DNA from: an uncultured Bacilli bacterium
Lineage (GTDB): Bacteria > Bacillota_I > Bacilli_A > ML615J-28 > CAG-313
Assembly: GCA_947591495.1 (NCBI GenBank)
Contig: CANQDG010000001.1
Span: forward strand, 21,485 to 85,484
Length of the DNA stretch: 64,000 nt
Direction of reading: 5' to 3'
The position numbers and the translations under genes were made by a program. Shown here one piece after another: positions 1-12,600 of this stretch (positions are counted from its first letter, which is position 1; every line of letters starts with the position of its first letter). The notes under the pieces are model-generated. The model worked only from the letters and a program-made list of their open reading frames with translations. It made no database searches and was not told the origin of the DNA.

Positions 1-1
1 G

Positions 2-1063
2 TTAATTGCTTGCAAATTTGCGGGATATAGTTTAGGTAGAGCTGATATTTTAAGAAGAGCAGTTTCTAAAAAGAAAAAAAGTGTTCTTGAAGAAGAAAGA
101 AAGATGTTTGTTGAATCATCAATTAAACAAGGATATAGCAATGAGGTAGCTAGTAATATCTATGATTATATTGTAAAATTTGCTGATTACGGTTTTAATA
201 AAGCCCATTCAGTGGCATATGCCAAAATCGCCTATCTTACAGCTTATTTAAAATGTCATTATTTTAGTTATTACTTTTCAACTTTAATGACGTCTTTTAT
301 GTTTGGTAGTAACCTTTTAGATTATACCAAAGAATTAGCAGCTAAGAATGTTAAGGTTAATCCCCCATCGATTAATCAAAGTAGTGATATTTTTGATGTA
401 ATCAAGGGTGAAATTTATTTTCCATTATCAATTATTAAAGGCTTAGGAAGTGTAAAAGTGAATGAACTTTTAGAAGAACGAAAAAAAGGTAACTTTCTTT
501 CGTTTGAGGACTTTATAATTAGAACTAAAAATATTTTAGCATCTTCTTTAATAGAAAATGTTATTTATAGTGGCGCTTTAGATGAATTTGGATTAACCAA
601 AAAAGCGATGATTGAAAGTTATCAAAATATCATTGCCCAAAGTCTTTATAGTTTTGTCAAAGGTGTTCTAAGCATAAATTATGTTGATGATGAATATAAT
701 TATGGTATTTTAAAAGATAAAGAAATCGAAACTATTGGTCTAAATATAAAATATAATTTCTTTAAACAATGTGCTAATTTATATATCAAATATAATATGA
801 TAAAGCTAGCAGAAATTAAAGAAAATCAAAAAGTAAAAACGATGGGTGTTATTGAAAAAGTTCGTGAAATTATGACTAAACAACAAGAAAAAATGGCTTT
901 TGTTGAAATTAGTGATGATACAACTAAAATGGAAATGGTTTTTTTCCCTAAAGTTTATCAACAAGTTATGCCCCTTAATAAAGGAATGATTATTATGGTA
1001 GCTGGTATAACCCAATTAAGAACAACACTTCAAGTAGTTGTTGAAAAGATCAAAAAAATATAA
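2..1063 (+). CDS. dnaE: DNA polymerase III alpha subunit DnaE, C-terminal part (5' end outside window)
   Basis: FNKAHSVAYAKIAYLTAYLK motif of the Pol III alpha fingers/C-terminal region, followed by an OB-fold-like segment. The reading frame is open from the window edge, so the gene is 5'-truncated by the window. Confidence 0.75.
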   Translation, partial: LIACKFAGYSLGRADILRRAVSKKKKSVLEEERKMFVESSIKQGYSNEVASNIYDYIVKFADYGFNKAHSVAYAKIAYLTAYLKCHYFSYYFSTLMTSFMFGSNLLDYTKELAAKNVKVNPPSINQSSDIFDVIKGEIYFPLSIIKGLGSVKVNELLEERKKGNFLSFEDFIIRTKNILASSLIENVIYSGALDEFGLTKKAMIESYQNIIAQSLYSFVKGVLSINYVDDEYNYGILKDKEIETIGLNIKYNFFKQCANLYIKYNMIKLAEIKENQKVKTMGVIEKVREIMTKQQEKMAFVEISDDTTKMEMVFFPKVYQQVMPLNKGMIIMVAGITQLRTTLQVVVEKIKKI

Positions 1064-1074
1064 AGGAGATTGAC

Positions 1075-1956
1075 ATGCGCGTACTTTGTTTTGATATTGG
1101 TGGTACTAACGTTAAATATGGTATCATAGAGGATGGAAAATTTTTAGAAAAAGGATTATTTGATACCAAAGCTGAATTAGGCAAAGCGTATTTAAATAAT
1201 GAATTAATTAGTCTTGGTAAGTGGGCTAAAGAAAAATATCAAATTGAAGGTATTGGTATTTCTTGTGCAGGGACCGTCAATTTTGAAAAAGCTTGTATTG
1301 ATATTGCACCTGATGCTTTACCAAACTTTTCCAATTGGAACTTTCGCGAACTTTTTAAAGAAAATTTAGCTTTAGATTGTATTGCTGATAACGATGTAAA
1401 TTGTTTTGCTAAAGCCGAATGTGTGGCAGGAGCAGCCAAAGATTTTGATCATTTCATCGTCATTACGGTTGGAACTGGTATTGGTGGCGCTATTGTTATG
1501 AATGATGAAATATGGCGTGGTAAAAATTATAATGCTGGTGAAGTAGGTAGAATGCTTATTGGTAATAATAAATGGGAAAACATTGCCTCAACATCGGCTT
1601 TAATAAAAGAAGCAAGAAGAGCAGGACTTGATGTTAATAGTGGTCTTGAACTATTTAAACTATATGATGAAAGAGAAGAACTTGCCATTGCCCTTGTTAA
1701 TCGTTTCTATGATTTATTAGGTATTGGGATGGCTAACTTAGTATATGTGTTTAATCCAGAAGCCATTGTTGTAGGTGGGGGAATTTCCAAACGTGAAGGA
1801 TTAATTAATGCTCTTAGTCATTATATGAATTCCCATTTACCATATGGATTTAGAAATACGGCTCAAGTTGTTGGTGCCACTTTTAAAAATGATGGGGGAA
1901 TGTTAGGTGCATACTATAATTTCATAGATTATCAAAAGGAGAAAAATAATGGATAA
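1075..1956 (+). CDS. glcK: ROK-family glucokinase
   Basis: N-terminal LCFDIGGTNVKYG sugar-kinase motif and a ROK-type glycine-rich segment. AGGAG RBS lies upstream. Gene order is glcK-pgm-pgi. Confidence 0.8.
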   Translation: MRVLCFDIGGTNVKYGIIEDGKFLEKGLFDTKAELGKAYLNNELISLGKWAKEKYQIEGIGISCAGTVNFEKACIDIAPDALPNFSNWNFRELFKENLALDCIADNDVNCFAKAECVAGAAKDFDHFIVITVGTGIGGAIVMNDEIWRGKNYNAGEVGRMLIGNNKWENIASTSALIKEARRAGLDVNSGLELFKLYDEREELAIALVNRFYDLLGIGMANLVYVFNPEAIVVGGGISKREGLINALSHYMNSHLPYGFRNTAQVVGATFKNDGGMLGAYYNFIDYQKEKNNG

Positions 1957-3655
1957 AAAAACATTAGCAAAAGTCCAAGAATGGTTAGACTATTCAAATT
2001 TAGATGAAACGCTCAAAAAAGAACTTGTTGCATTACAAAATGATGAAGAAGCTTTAAATGATGCTTTTTATCAAGATATTGCTTTTGGCACCGGTGGCCT
2101 TCGGGGCATTTTAGGAGTTGGAACTAACCGAATGAATATTTATATTGTTAGAAAAGCAACATTAGGTTTTCTAAATTATATGATTAAAAAATACCCAAAT
2201 ATCAAACAAATGGGAGTTGCTATTTCTTATGATTGTCGGAAAAATTCTTATCTTTTTGCCAAAGCAGCATCTGAAGTAATAGCTAGTGCTAAAGTTCCGG
2301 TTTATTTGTATACCTCAATGCGTTCTACGCCACAACTTAGTTTTACTGTTAGATATCTTGGTTGTGCAGGGGGCATTATGATAACAGCTAGTCATAATCC
2401 ACCAATTTATAATGGTTACAAAATTTATGATGATCAAGGATGTCAATTAGTTCCTACTTTAGCCGATAAAGTAATCGATGAAATAAACCAAATCACGAAA
2501 ATGTTTGAAATTAAGACCGAAGCCTTTACTAAACTTTGTAATGATGGCTTAATTAAAATGATTGATCAAACAGTTGATGAGGCTTATCTTGCAAAAGTAA
2601 AAGAGATAAAAATTAATGATGTTTTAAAAAAGAATATCAAAATAGTTTACACTCCACTTCATGGGACCGGTTCAACCCATATGGTAAATCTCCTTACATC
2701 ATGTGGATATGAAGTATATCCGGTTGAAGAACAAATGGTCCCTGATGGTAATTTTACCACTCTTAAGTCGCCAAACCCAGAAGAGGCAAGTGCTTTTGAA
2801 TATGCCATTAAAAAGGGTCAAGAAATTGATGCAGATATTTTAATTGCAACCGATCCTGATGCGGATAGAATGGGAATTGCGGCCAAAAATAATAAAGGTG
2901 AATATGTCTTATTAACAGGAAACCAAACAGGAGCTATTTTATTAGATTATTTAGGTAAGTATCGTAAACCAGAAAAAAAACCTGTTGTTTTTAATACAAT
3001 TGTAACATCTAATTTTGCTAAAGCTATTTGTGAAAAATATCATCTAAAACTTGTGCAAACTTTAACCGGCTTTAAATACATTGGTGAACAAGCAGCTTTA
3101 ATTGAAAATACCGATCAAGAATTTTTCTTTGGATATGAAGAATCATATGGTTATGTTATTAAAGATTTTGTTAGAGATAAAGATTCTTTCCAAGCATCTC
3201 TTTTACTTGCTGAAGTAGCATCTTTTTATAAAGCTCAAGGCAAAACTTTAATCAATGTTTTAGACGATTTATTTGAAGAATATGGTTATTATTTAGAAGG
3301 TGTATGCAATATTACGCTTACAGGTGTTGAAGGCAGTCAAAAAATTGATCGGATTATGCGTCATTTTCAAACAACTCCTTTAAGTAGTATGGCAGGATGT
3401 CATATAAAAAGTTTTGAAGATTATGACAAATTAATAAAACTTGAAAATGGTATTAAGTCTTCCCTTACTTTACCACAATCGTTTGTTTTAAAATATATTT
3501 TTGACAATGATGGTTGGGTAGCTTTAAGACCATCAGGAACTGAACCAAAATTAAAAATTTATATTGCAATTAAGGCTAATAGTTATGAAGCAGCTCAAAA
3601 TTTAATTGCTAAAATAAAAAATGAAATTTTAACAATAATTGATAATATTAAGTAG
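1949..3655 (+). CDS. pgcA: alpha-phosphoglucomutase / phosphomannomutase (alpha-D-phosphohexomutase family)
   Basis: GTGGLRG motif and active-site serine loop TASHNPP. Length of 568 aa matches Firmicute PgcA. RBS AAGGAG. Confidence 0.8.
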   Translation: MDKKTLAKVQEWLDYSNLDETLKKELVALQNDEEALNDAFYQDIAFGTGGLRGILGVGTNRMNIYIVRKATLGFLNYMIKKYPNIKQMGVAISYDCRKNSYLFAKAASEVIASAKVPVYLYTSMRSTPQLSFTVRYLGCAGGIMITASHNPPIYNGYKIYDDQGCQLVPTLADKVIDEINQITKMFEIKTEAFTKLCNDGLIKMIDQTVDEAYLAKVKEIKINDVLKKNIKIVYTPLHGTGSTHMVNLLTSCGYEVYPVEEQMVPDGNFTTLKSPNPEEASAFEYAIKKGQEIDADILIATDPDADRMGIAAKNNKGEYVLLTGNQTGAILLDYLGKYRKPEKKPVVFNTIVTSNFAKAICEKYHLKLVQTLTGFKYIGEQAALIENTDQEFFFGYEESYGYVIKDFVRDKDSFQASLLLAEVASFYKAQGKTLINVLDDLFEEYGYYLEGVCNITLTGVEGSQKIDRIMRHFQTTPLSSMAGCHIKSFEDYDKLIKLENGIKSSLTLPQSFVLKYIFDNDGWVALRPSGTEPKLKIYIAIKANSYEAAQNLIAKIKNEILTIIDNIK

Positions 3656-3663
3656 GTGATAAA

Positions 3664-4986
3664 ATGAAAATTACCATTGACTATAAAAATGTCTTAAAAT
3701 TTATAACAGAAAAAGAAATTGCACAAAATAAACAAGCCACTTTAGATGCTAAAAAAATCCTTCTTAATAAAGAAGGTTTAGGCAATGATTTTTTAGGATG
3801 GATTGAATATCCTTTAAATTATGATCAAGAAGAATTTGCTAATATTAAGAAAGCAGCTGCTCAAATAAGAACTGAAAGTGATGTTTTGGTTGTTATAGGA
3901 ATTGGTGGTTCATATCTTGGCGCTAAAGCTGTCATTGAGGCACTTAAACCTTATTTTCCTAAAAAGGATGATTTAGAAGTTATTTTTGTTGGTAATAATC
4001 TTTCTTCTAGTTATATGCAAGAAGTCTTAGATTATTTAAAAGATAAAGATTTCTCAATTAATGTTATTTCTAAATCGGGCACAACAACTGAACCTGCTAT
4101 TGCTTTTCGCTTGTTACGCAATTTATTAATAAAAAAATATGGTTCTTTGGCTAATAAGCGTATATATGCAACAACTGATAAAGCCAAAGGGGCTTTAAGA
4201 ACTCTAGCAAATGAAGAACACTATACAACTTTTGTCGTTCCTGATGATATTGGTGGTAGATATTCGTGGTTTACAGCGGTTGGCCTATTACCTATTTGTG
4301 CAAGTGGAATTGATATTGATAGCTTAATGGAAGGTGCTAAAGAAGCATACTTAGAGTGTGTAAATTGTGAATATGAAAAAAATACTGCTCTTCTTTATGC
4401 ATCGATTCGTAACCTTTTATATAAGAAAAAAAGATTAATTGAAGTTTTAGTAAATTACGAACCTAAATTACTTTATGTTAGTGAATGGTGGAAACAATTA
4501 TATGGTGAATCAGAAGGCAAAGATCATCAAGGTCTTTTCCCCGCAAGTCTAGTTTATTCAACTGATCTTCATTCAATGGGTCAATATATTCAAGATGGTA
4601 TGCGAATCATGTTTGAAACGGTTTTAAATATTGAAAAACCTCAATATGATCTTGTATTAGAAGAAGAAAAAAATAATTTAGATGGTCTTAACTTTTTAGC
4701 AGGAGTTAATTTAGATAGTGTTTGTAAAAAAGCTATGCAAGGAACGATTTTAGCTCATGTTGATGGTGATGTTCCTAATATTATTTTAAATATCGAAAAA
4801 CTTGATGGTTTTAATATCGGTTATTTATTATATTTCTTTATGTTTGCTTGTGGTATATCGGGTTATATGCTTAAGGTTAATCCATTTAATCAACCAGGTG
4901 TAGAAGACTATAAAAAAAATATGTTTGCTTTACTTGGCAAACCAGGCTATGAAGAATTATTAAAGACGTTGTTAAAAAGACTTTAA
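3664..4986 (+). CDS. pgi: glucose-6-phosphate isomerase
   Basis: 440-aa Firmicute-type PGI with [12 protein letters not shown] and the SKSGTTTE sugar-isomerase motifs. Confidence 0.9.
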   Translation: MKITIDYKNVLKFITEKEIAQNKQATLDAKKILLNKEGLGNDFLGWIEYPLNYDQEEFANIKKAAAQIRTESDVLVVIGIGGSYLGAKAVIEALKPYFPKKDDLEVIFVGNNLSSSYMQEVLDYLKDKDFSINVISKSGTTTEPAIAFRLLRNLLIKKYGSLANKRIYATTDKAKGALRTLANEEHYTTFVVPDDIGGRYSWFTAVGLLPICASGIDIDSLMEGAKEAYLECVNCEYEKNTALLYASIRNLLYKKKRLIEVLVNYEPKLLYVSEWWKQLYGESEGKDHQGLFPASLVYSTDLHSMGQYIQDGMRIMFETVLNIEKPQYDLVLEEEKNNLDGLNFLAGVNLDSVCKKAMQGTILAHVDGDVPNIILNIEKLDGFNIGYLLYFFMFACGISGYMLKVNPFNQPGVEDYKKNMFALLGKPGYEELLKTLLKRL

Positions 4987-5000
4987 AAAACATTTAAGGA

Positions 5001-5024
5001 ATGCTACGAAAGTAGCATTTTTTC
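5001..5024 (+). terminator. rho-independent terminator after pgi
   Basis: ATGCTAC-GAAA-GTAGCAT hairpin followed by TTTTT. Confidence 0.7.
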
Positions 5025-5113
5025 TATGTAAACATTTTTATAAGCATAAAAAACAACAAAATTCGCAATTGGAGTATAATTTATATCTTGGACGGAAAGG
5101 AAAATAATTTACT

Positions 5114-6538
5114 ATGGATCTCGCAAAAACAAACAAAAAACAACATCATTTTGAAATAGATATGACAAATGGTAATTTTTTCAAAAAAATCGTCATTTTT
5201 TGCCTACCTTTAATTTTCACAGGAATTTTACAATTATTATATAATGCGGCCGATTTAATTGTTGTAGGAACTTTTAGTAAGGTTCCTAATGCCTTAGGAG
5301 CAGTCGGATCTACCTCGGCTTTAATTAACTTAATTGTTAACTTATTTATGGGCCTTTCAGTTGGAGCAAATGTAATGTCAGCTTCGGCTTTTGCGGCAAA
5401 AGATGAAAATAAATTATCCAAAATAATTCATACTTCCATTACAGTCAGTGTTATTACTGGTATTTTCTTAGGAATTATTGGTTTTATCTTTGCTAGACAA
5501 TTTCTAGAATGGATGCACAGTCCAATTGATTTAATTGATTTAGCTGTTATATATCTTAAAATATATTTTTTAGGAATGCCTTTTAATATGTTATATAATT
5601 TTGCAGCAAGCATTTTAAGAGGTGTTGGTGATACTAAAAGGCCATTAATCTTTTTAAGTATTGCCGGGATGATTAATGTTGTTTTAAATATTGTTTTTGT
5701 AGTGGCATTTAAAATGGATGTCGATGGTGTTGCAATTGCCACTGTTATTTCGCAAATTGTATCTTGTATACTTATTATGAGTTGCCTTTGTAAAACCAAA
5801 GAAATTTATCATTTTTCTTTTAAAAAAATTGCTATTCACAAAAAAGAATTAGGCGAAATTATTAAAATTGGACTTCCTGCTGGTATTCAAAGTTCGATTT
5901 TCTCCATATCTAATGTTATTATTCAAACATCAGTTAATCAGTTTGGTTCGATTGCGGTAAATGGCAATTCGGCTGCTCAAAGTATTGAAGGGTTTGTATA
6001 TATATCAATGAATGCGGTTTACCATGCAGCCTTAGCTTTTGTTGGACAAAATATCGGTGTTAAAAAATATAATAATATTCCTAAGATAACATGGTATTGT
6101 TTAGCCTTTGTTAGTATGGTTGGAATAATTTTAGGTGGTGGTTTATTTCTTCTTGGTAGATATGTTACAATGATTTATACAACAGTACCTGAAGAAATAG
6201 ATGTATCACTGATTAGATTACATTATTTATGTTTGCCATATTTTCTTTGTGGCATTATGGATGTAATGGTGGGTATTTTACGTGGCTTTGGATATTCTGT
6301 TTTACCAATGATTGTTTCCATTTTGGGTGTTTGTGGCTTTAGAATTCTTTGGATATATACAATCTTTTATCAAACGACCAATTTTGCTGATCCTAAAGAT
6401 TTACATTCTTTATATATATCATATCCAATTTCTTGGATTGTTACTTTCTTAGTACATTATTTAACTTATATAATTGTTTATAAAAGAAAAATTAAACAAA
6501 TTAAAAACCAAGACTTGAAGATATCATACCAAAATTAA
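5114..6538 (+). CDS. MATE-family multidrug/oligosaccharidyl-lipid efflux transporter
   Basis: 474 aa, 12 predicted TM helices, and the typical MATE N-terminal region (FFKKIVIFCLPLIFTGILQLLYNAADLIVVG). Confidence 0.8.
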   Translation: MDLAKTNKKQHHFEIDMTNGNFFKKIVIFCLPLIFTGILQLLYNAADLIVVGTFSKVPNALGAVGSTSALINLIVNLFMGLSVGANVMSASAFAAKDENKLSKIIHTSITVSVITGIFLGIIGFIFARQFLEWMHSPIDLIDLAVIYLKIYFLGMPFNMLYNFAASILRGVGDTKRPLIFLSIAGMINVVLNIVFVVAFKMDVDGVAIATVISQIVSCILIMSCLCKTKEIYHFSFKKIAIHKKELGEIIKIGLPAGIQSSIFSISNVIIQTSVNQFGSIAVNGNSAAQSIEGFVYISMNAVYHAALAFVGQNIGVKKYNNIPKITWYCLAFVSMVGIILGGGLFLLGRYVTMIYTTVPEEIDVSLIRLHYLCLPYFLCGIMDVMVGILRGFGYSVLPMIVSILGVCGFRILWIYTIFYQTTNFADPKDLHSLYISYPISWIVTFLVHYLTYIIVYKRKIKQIKNQDLKISYQN

Positions 6539-6635
6539 AAATAAATGTTTTTTATTAAAGTGGTAAATAGCCACCTTTTGAATATGAAAAAAGTTACCAT
6601 AACATCAACTTATATGTTATGATAACTTTTTTTCT

Positions 6636-8894
6636 TTAATTATAAATGATATCTACTAACCATGGATTATCGATAAAAGGATTAAAATTACCTTGAATTG
6701 CTTGAATTTGTTCATTGCGATATTCTTCGTAGAAATCAACTGGATCTTGTTTATGCCAATCAATTAATAACTCAATGCTTTCCGCAACCCCTAGTTTTTC
6801 AATATCCATGCCATAACGAATATTCATATAGAAAATAATTCTTGCAACATCACCTTTTATTTCATCACGTGGTTCATAGTAAATATTATTAGTGGTATTA
6901 CCAAATTTTTTATCGGCTTTAGAAGAATTTATCGATGTTAAAGCAGGCCTTAATTGATGAAGATCAGTTCCTGGTCCTTTATTACTACCTTCAACATCTT
7001 TATAAAGACCTCCTGATAGATTTTTAGCCCAAACATGTTCACGATTCCAAGTAATACCATTTTCCCAGATGCCACTAATCGACTGACCACTATAAAATAA
7101 AATAATATTACCAGGATGATCAAAATCAGGGTCAGTTTTAACATATAGATTACGAGCATCATTATAACTAACAAGATTGGTATGAGTAGAAGTTATTAAA
7201 TTAGTAAGAGCATCTTTTAATGAGTTACCAACAAGATTTTTAATAGATGTATAATATTCTTCATGATTATAATGATATAGTTCATCTTGGTGCTTGTTAG
7301 AAAAATCCCAAGAAGGTAGTGAACTAATTTCAATGAAATTCATTTTTGATGTGGTGCCGTATTGGTCAATTGCTAAATCTATTTGTTTATAAGATGATAA
7401 ATCATAAATGTTAGTATAAGGATTTTGTTGATAAATCTTACTAAGAGTAGTTAAATCACCAAGATTAGTAGGTCTATTAATAATTAAATTACTGCTTTTA
7501 GCAAGATATGCACAAGAAGAACTAATAATATAATCGTATTCATTTAATAAAACATCATCGATGTTATTAGCTATATTTATTAATATTTGTGTATTATAAT
7601 TATCAAATAGTAAAGCATCTTGACTACAAGTTAAACAAGCAGTTGGTGTTAAATGATAAATATTTTTTTGAATATTAGTTAAATCGACAAAAACTTCAGC
7701 TTTTAAAGAGGCAATATTATGAAAGCCAATTAAGTATTCAACGCTTGCACCATCAAGTAATGCATTTAAAAGAGTAGAATCATATTCTTCACTAGTAATA
7801 ATAACAACATCAAGATCATTAAGATTAAAATAAATTATATTTTCTAAAATAGTTACCTTAGTTGATAAAACACTATTTAGATAAGAAGGATAATCATATG
7901 AAATAACATAAGGTGAGGTAATCGTAAAGCCTTGATAAGTAATTTCTAATTGGCCTTTATAAAAGCGATCATTGATAAAATTACTAATTTTTAAATCATC
8001 TTTTAGATCAACTAAGTTGATGACCTCAGAAGTATGATCACTATATAAAATTGATAAACTACCTTTATAATCAAATTTATCACCTATTTTATAGGCTTCA
8101 GTTAAACCATTTGGTGTAATTGAAATGATTTCTTTTTCCGTTAAATGATAAATGTGAATATTCATTAAACCAAAGTTACCAGTAGCCTTTTTAGTATATT
8201 CAAATTTAATTTTATTGATTTTAGGATTAGTTAAAACGGCTGAAAGCACATATTCACTATTTTTAATAGTTTCATTAAATTCAAATTTATCAATTATTTG
8301 ATTATTGCTATCTAAGCCATAGACCGTAAGTAAAGCATCACCACCTGCTCCTTTACCGATTAAGGTGATATCAACTTTAAAACTCGTTTCTGGAAAGAAG
8401 ATAGGTGAGGTAATACTATTACCATTACTACTAAATTTTAAAGATCCATCCGCATAACAACTTGCTTGATAATTGTAAACCCAACCATTTGGTGCAACAT
8501 TTTGATTAATAAAACTTTGATTTAAAATTTCTTGTTCAACTGGTGTAATCGAAGGAACTTTATATATATAAATGTCTGAGTAACTAGAATCAGCAGTATA
8601 ATCGGTTTGACTTTTTAATGATTTTACGCGAAAAGAAATTTCGAGGATATTAGGAGTTAAATAATCCGAAAAGTCAAAGAATGTTGTTGTTTCGTGATGT
8701 GTAGTTTGATTTGCAAAAGTCATTTCTACCTCATATAATTTAACCTTTGGTTGTAATGACCAACTTAAAATGTTATGATCAACCATTAAATTATTAGGTG
8801 TAGGAGCGACTTTTTCATCAGGCGTTGTCGTAGTACAACCGCTTATAAATAAAATAGTTATTAAAACTACCAAAAAATTAATAAATTTTTTCAT
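6636..8894 (-). CDS. surface lipoprotein with C-terminal endonuclease I (EndA/Dns-like) extracellular nuclease domain
   Basis: Lipobox LFISGC after the internal Met. A GGAGGG RBS precedes the ATG at 8894; the ORF-track start at 8918 is likely too long. The C-terminus carries EHVWAKNLSGG...DLHQLRPALTSINSSKADKKFG and GDVARIIFYM, which match the endonuclease-I catalytic motifs. Confidence 0.65.
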   Translation of the reverse strand: MKKFINFLVVLITILFISGCTTTTPDEKVAPTPNNLMVDHNILSWSLQPKVKLYEVEMTFANQTTHHETTTFFDFSDYLTPNILEISFRVKSLKSQTDYTADSSYSDIYIYKVPSITPVEQEILNQSFINQNVAPNGWVYNYQASCYADGSLKFSSNGNSITSPIFFPETSFKVDITLIGKGAGGDALLTVYGLDSNNQIIDKFEFNETIKNSEYVLSAVLTNPKINKIKFEYTKKATGNFGLMNIHIYHLTEKEIISITPNGLTEAYKIGDKFDYKGSLSILYSDHTSEVINLVDLKDDLKISNFINDRFYKGQLEITYQGFTITSPYVISYDYPSYLNSVLSTKVTILENIIYFNLNDLDVVIITSEEYDSTLLNALLDGASVEYLIGFHNIASLKAEVFVDLTNIQKNIYHLTPTACLTCSQDALLFDNYNTQILINIANNIDDVLLNEYDYIISSSCAYLAKSSNLIINRPTNLGDLTTLSKIYQQNPYTNIYDLSSYKQIDLAIDQYGTTSKMNFIEISSLPSWDFSNKHQDELYHYNHEEYYTSIKNLVGNSLKDALTNLITSTHTNLVSYNDARNLYVKTDPDFDHPGNIILFYSGQSISGIWENGITWNREHVWAKNLSGGLYKDVEGSNKGPGTDLHQLRPALTSINSSKADKKFGNTTNNIYYEPRDEIKGDVARIIFYMNIRYGMDIEKLGVAESIELLIDWHKQDPVDFYEEYRNEQIQAIQGNFNPFIDNPWLVDIIYN

Positions 8895-9066
8895 CTTTCC
8901 CTCCTTGTGCTTATACAAGTATTATATCATATTTTATCAAAAAAACGATATAAACTAATAATATAAAAATAAAAATGATGTTTCGATAATGGCTAAGCAC
9001 TCATAAAATAGATAAAAAAAGTACATAATCTTTACCTATTAAAGTAAATGTTATGTACTTTTTGAA

Positions 9067-9390
9067 CTATATTATTAAAAAAAACGTAGATATTATAATT
9101 GCAAGTAAAATAGCAAAAACTTTAAATGATAAAAATACAAGCGAAATTATCATACCGGCGGTGGCTAGTTCCATTCCTTTTTCACCTGTTTTTTTACATT
9201 GATTGCGTGCTATAATTGAACAAATTAAGCCAACCATATCTAAAATAAACGAAAACACAAACCCAACAATTGCCATAGCATTGATTGGTTTTTCTTCGGT
9301 AATTTTTGTAGATTTATTTATTAAACATCCACATTTGATACAAACATCCGCATTATCATCAATTTGATTTCCACAATTTTGACAAAACAT
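9067..9390 (-). CDS. zinc-ribbon membrane protein (hypothetical)
   Basis: N-terminal CxxC...CxxC (MFCQNCGNQ...CIKCGC) followed by two TM helices. The likely start is the internal Met at 9390, which has a GGGAGA RBS. Confidence 0.45.
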   Translation of the reverse strand: MFCQNCGNQIDDNADVCIKCGCLINKSTKITEEKPINAMAIVGFVFSFILDMVGLICSIIARNQCKKTGEKGMELATAGMIISLVFLSFKVFAILLAIIISTFFLII

Positions 9391-9676
9391 AATTTTTCTC
9401 CCTTTCATATATAAAAAAAATAGATGTTTTTATAAGACTATTTGCATATTTTGATACAAACATTATTATTTTAACATAGATAATTATCCTTTGGTTATAA
9501 TTGATAGCAATTATGGAGGAAAAATTGACAATTACATATTATTATAATTTATTAAAAAAGTTTGATAAATTAATATTAAGTATTTTTTTTCCCATTTTAC
9601 TTTAATAAAAAGAAAGAAAGTGATATAATAAACTATAAAGTGGAGTATTATGCATCAAAGATGCGAGGTAAAAATT

Positions 9677-12600
9677 ATGAAAGCCAAAAACGAAAGAAAA
9701 TATTACATTCAAGGTCGAAACCAACATTTAATGAACGTCTTAGAAAAAGATTATTATATTGAAATTGGTACGATTGATATGGCCGTTTTAAATAAAATTA
9801 TCAAAAAAGAAAAAGTTAAATTAGGAGAATTAATTATTCCTCATAATTTAGATAATGATGTAAAAGGTCATGAAAAAACATCAGAAGAACAAGCCAAAGA
9901 TATAGAAATAGCTAATGAAAATTTAGGTCGTTTATGTGAAGGAATTGGACAAATCACCAGTAATTATGAGACCGACTTATATTATCAGTTAAACTATTTA
10001 ATTAATTTACGGCTTAAAAATGCTACTTCAAAGTTTTTCATTACAGCTGGTATCGTTAAAATTTTTGACGAAAAGGGCTGTGAAAAATATGCTCCTGTGG
10101 TTTTAATACCTTTTGAATTTAATTATAAATTTGACTATGATAATGAAATTGATAAAGCTATCTTTCAAACCGAATTAGTTGTTTGTGATGATCCTGTTAT
10201 TAATACCCAATTAATTAAATATGCTTCAAATATTTGTGAAAGTGCTAAAGTTGATAATAAAAAATTTAATGATTATTATTTAAACCATCCGCTTGCTAGT
10301 GCTAAAGATATTGATAAACTTTGCATTGATTTAGCAAAGGATATGCATACAACGGTTCAACCTGATAATTATTTAACTATTGCTTTTGTTGAATATCCTG
10401 ATATTATTTTAGATAAAGCATATATGTCGGTTGAAGGCTCTATCAATGAAATGACCGAAGAAAATATTTTTGAAAAATATTACAAAAATATTAATGCCAT
10501 TATGCCAACTAATACACTTCAAAAATATGTATTATTAAAAGCTAATGATGGTGATAGATTCGCAGTAGATGGTAATTTAGGTAGTGGTAAAACGCATACC
10601 ATTATAAATATTATGGCCGACCAAATTATGAAAAATAAAAAGATTTTATATGTCAATCAAGATTTAGATAACATCTTTGATTTAGAAAAGAATCTTTGTG
10701 CATTAGGTATGAAAAACTACCTTTATGATTTAACCCAAAATTTATTAAATGTTGATAATAATCTCGAAAGACTTTTAGGCGATAAAGTTACGTTTGAACG
10801 AATTGATACAAAAGGTATTTCAAATACCATTATTAAAGATATTTTCGTTTTGCCAAATACTTTACAAAAAAGACTTCATGGATTTAAAATTAATAATATT
10901 TTCAATTATCTTGCGCTTATTAAACAAAAATACCCTGATGTTTACCAAATGCCTTTAGAAATTAAACTTGAATATCATGAAGCTGAATTAATTTATCATC
11001 AATTAGAAACAATCGAAGAATCCTTAAAAGTAATTGATTTGTATGCTGATAATATTTGGCATCGTCTCCAAGTATCACATAATAATATTACCATTGATGA
11101 CATCATTAGCCGCATTAAAGATTTAGCTTTGATTCATAAAAAAACCAATGATGCTTTGAAAAAGTTTATTAATAAATATGGTATTATGATGCCAAGTAAT
11201 ATTAACGAACTTTATAAAATTATTTTGCATATTTATAGCTTTGTATCGGTTAGACCATTACCAAAATGGAAAAAAGATGAAGTTAGAAGAAAAATTTTAA
11301 CCAATTTAAGAGAAATTCAATCGCTTGTTGATATTAACTATAATATTAATAAATATTATGAAAGTACCGTTTGTAAAAATTATCAAATAGGTAGAATGAA
11401 GGAAATCGTTGATACTATTGCTTCAAAATACATTAAAATTGATAAAGATTATCAAACTAAAAATGCTATTTTTATTAATCGTCTTATTAGTTATGGTGAT
11501 AGCCTTAGTCGTCTATGTAATGAAATAAATGATAATGTGCTTAAAATGGATAAAATTAGTGCTACTTTATCTAATATTTTTAATCCTACTATTTTAGATG
11601 AAAACACTTATAATTTCATTACCGGTCTTAGTAATCTTTTATCAAATAATAAGTTAGATATTATCTTATTTGAAAAATATCAAGATTCTTCAGCACTATT
11701 TACTAAGCATTGTGACAATATTTTAAATGTTTATGATGAATACCAAGAAGTGCGTGAATTTTTACTTACTTATTTGAATCATTTTGAATTATTAACAACT
11801 GATCTCATTGATTCAGCATCAAAAAGAAAAAATCCTAAACATTCATTTGGTGCTTTTCTTAATAAAAAAGCTATTAAACAAAATCATACTAATCTTCAAG
11901 ATATTATTGATAATATATATAAATATGGTAAACTTCGTAAAAATATTAGTAGTGAATTAGCCATTATTTTTAATAAAAAAGAATTCAGTGAAGAATTTAT
12001 TAGTGTATTTGTGCAATTTGCTAATTTTATAGCTGATCTTTCTAATGTTCAAAAAACTTATTTTGAAGCCTTTTTAAATAAAATGAGTAATGAGAAAAAT
12101 CATTTGCAATATTTAAGACAAGTTAACCAAATATTAAAAGATTGTAAAGAAGAAGGATATCGCACCACAAGTATTTGTACTAATTTAAGATATTATAATA
12201 TTATCATTGATGATAATAACGTCTTTAATAAAGTTTCATCGCTAAAGACTTGTCGCAAATACTTACAAAATATTGATAAATTAAAAACAGAAATATCAAC
12301 TATTTTTAATAATTCACAACACGTTCAATATGATGAGATGGTAACTTTAATTAAAACCGATTTACAATATCAAGATTTACAAGATAATCTTATCAATCAT
12401 GCTGATACATATAAACAAAATCTAGGAAAATACTATAATGGTTTAGATACAATTATTAATGAAATTGGTCGAACGATTGAGCATTATGATGAATTCTTAA
12501 AAGTTTTAATTAATAAAGATAATATTAATAATTTACTAACTGATGAAACTTTTGATGAATTGTTAGAAGAAGCAAAAGATTTAAATAATTTATATGATAA

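Noticed and set aside
2-1063. PolC rather than DnaE.
   Set aside because: The segment after the FNKAHS motif continues for ~250 aa with an OB-fold-like region, as in DnaE C-termini. PolC ends shortly after its polymerase and tau-binding region.
6539-6635. Terminator between the convergent MATE and nuclease-lipoprotein genes (GTGG...CCAC).
   Set aside because: Only a 4-bp perfect stem with a weak T tract. Too weak to annotate.
9420-9650. Promoter assignment for the giant ATPase operon (TTGACA at 9525).
   Set aside because: The best -35-like hexamer has a 12-bp spacing to the nearest TATAAT-like element. The region is so AT-rich that many weak matches exist, so there is no confident call.
9650-9676. 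Upstream ATG (9650) as start of the giant ATPase gene.
   Set aside because: The ATG at 9677 has a better-positioned GAGGT RBS. The 9650 start has only a distant GTGGAG. Either is possible, and the difference is 9 codons.
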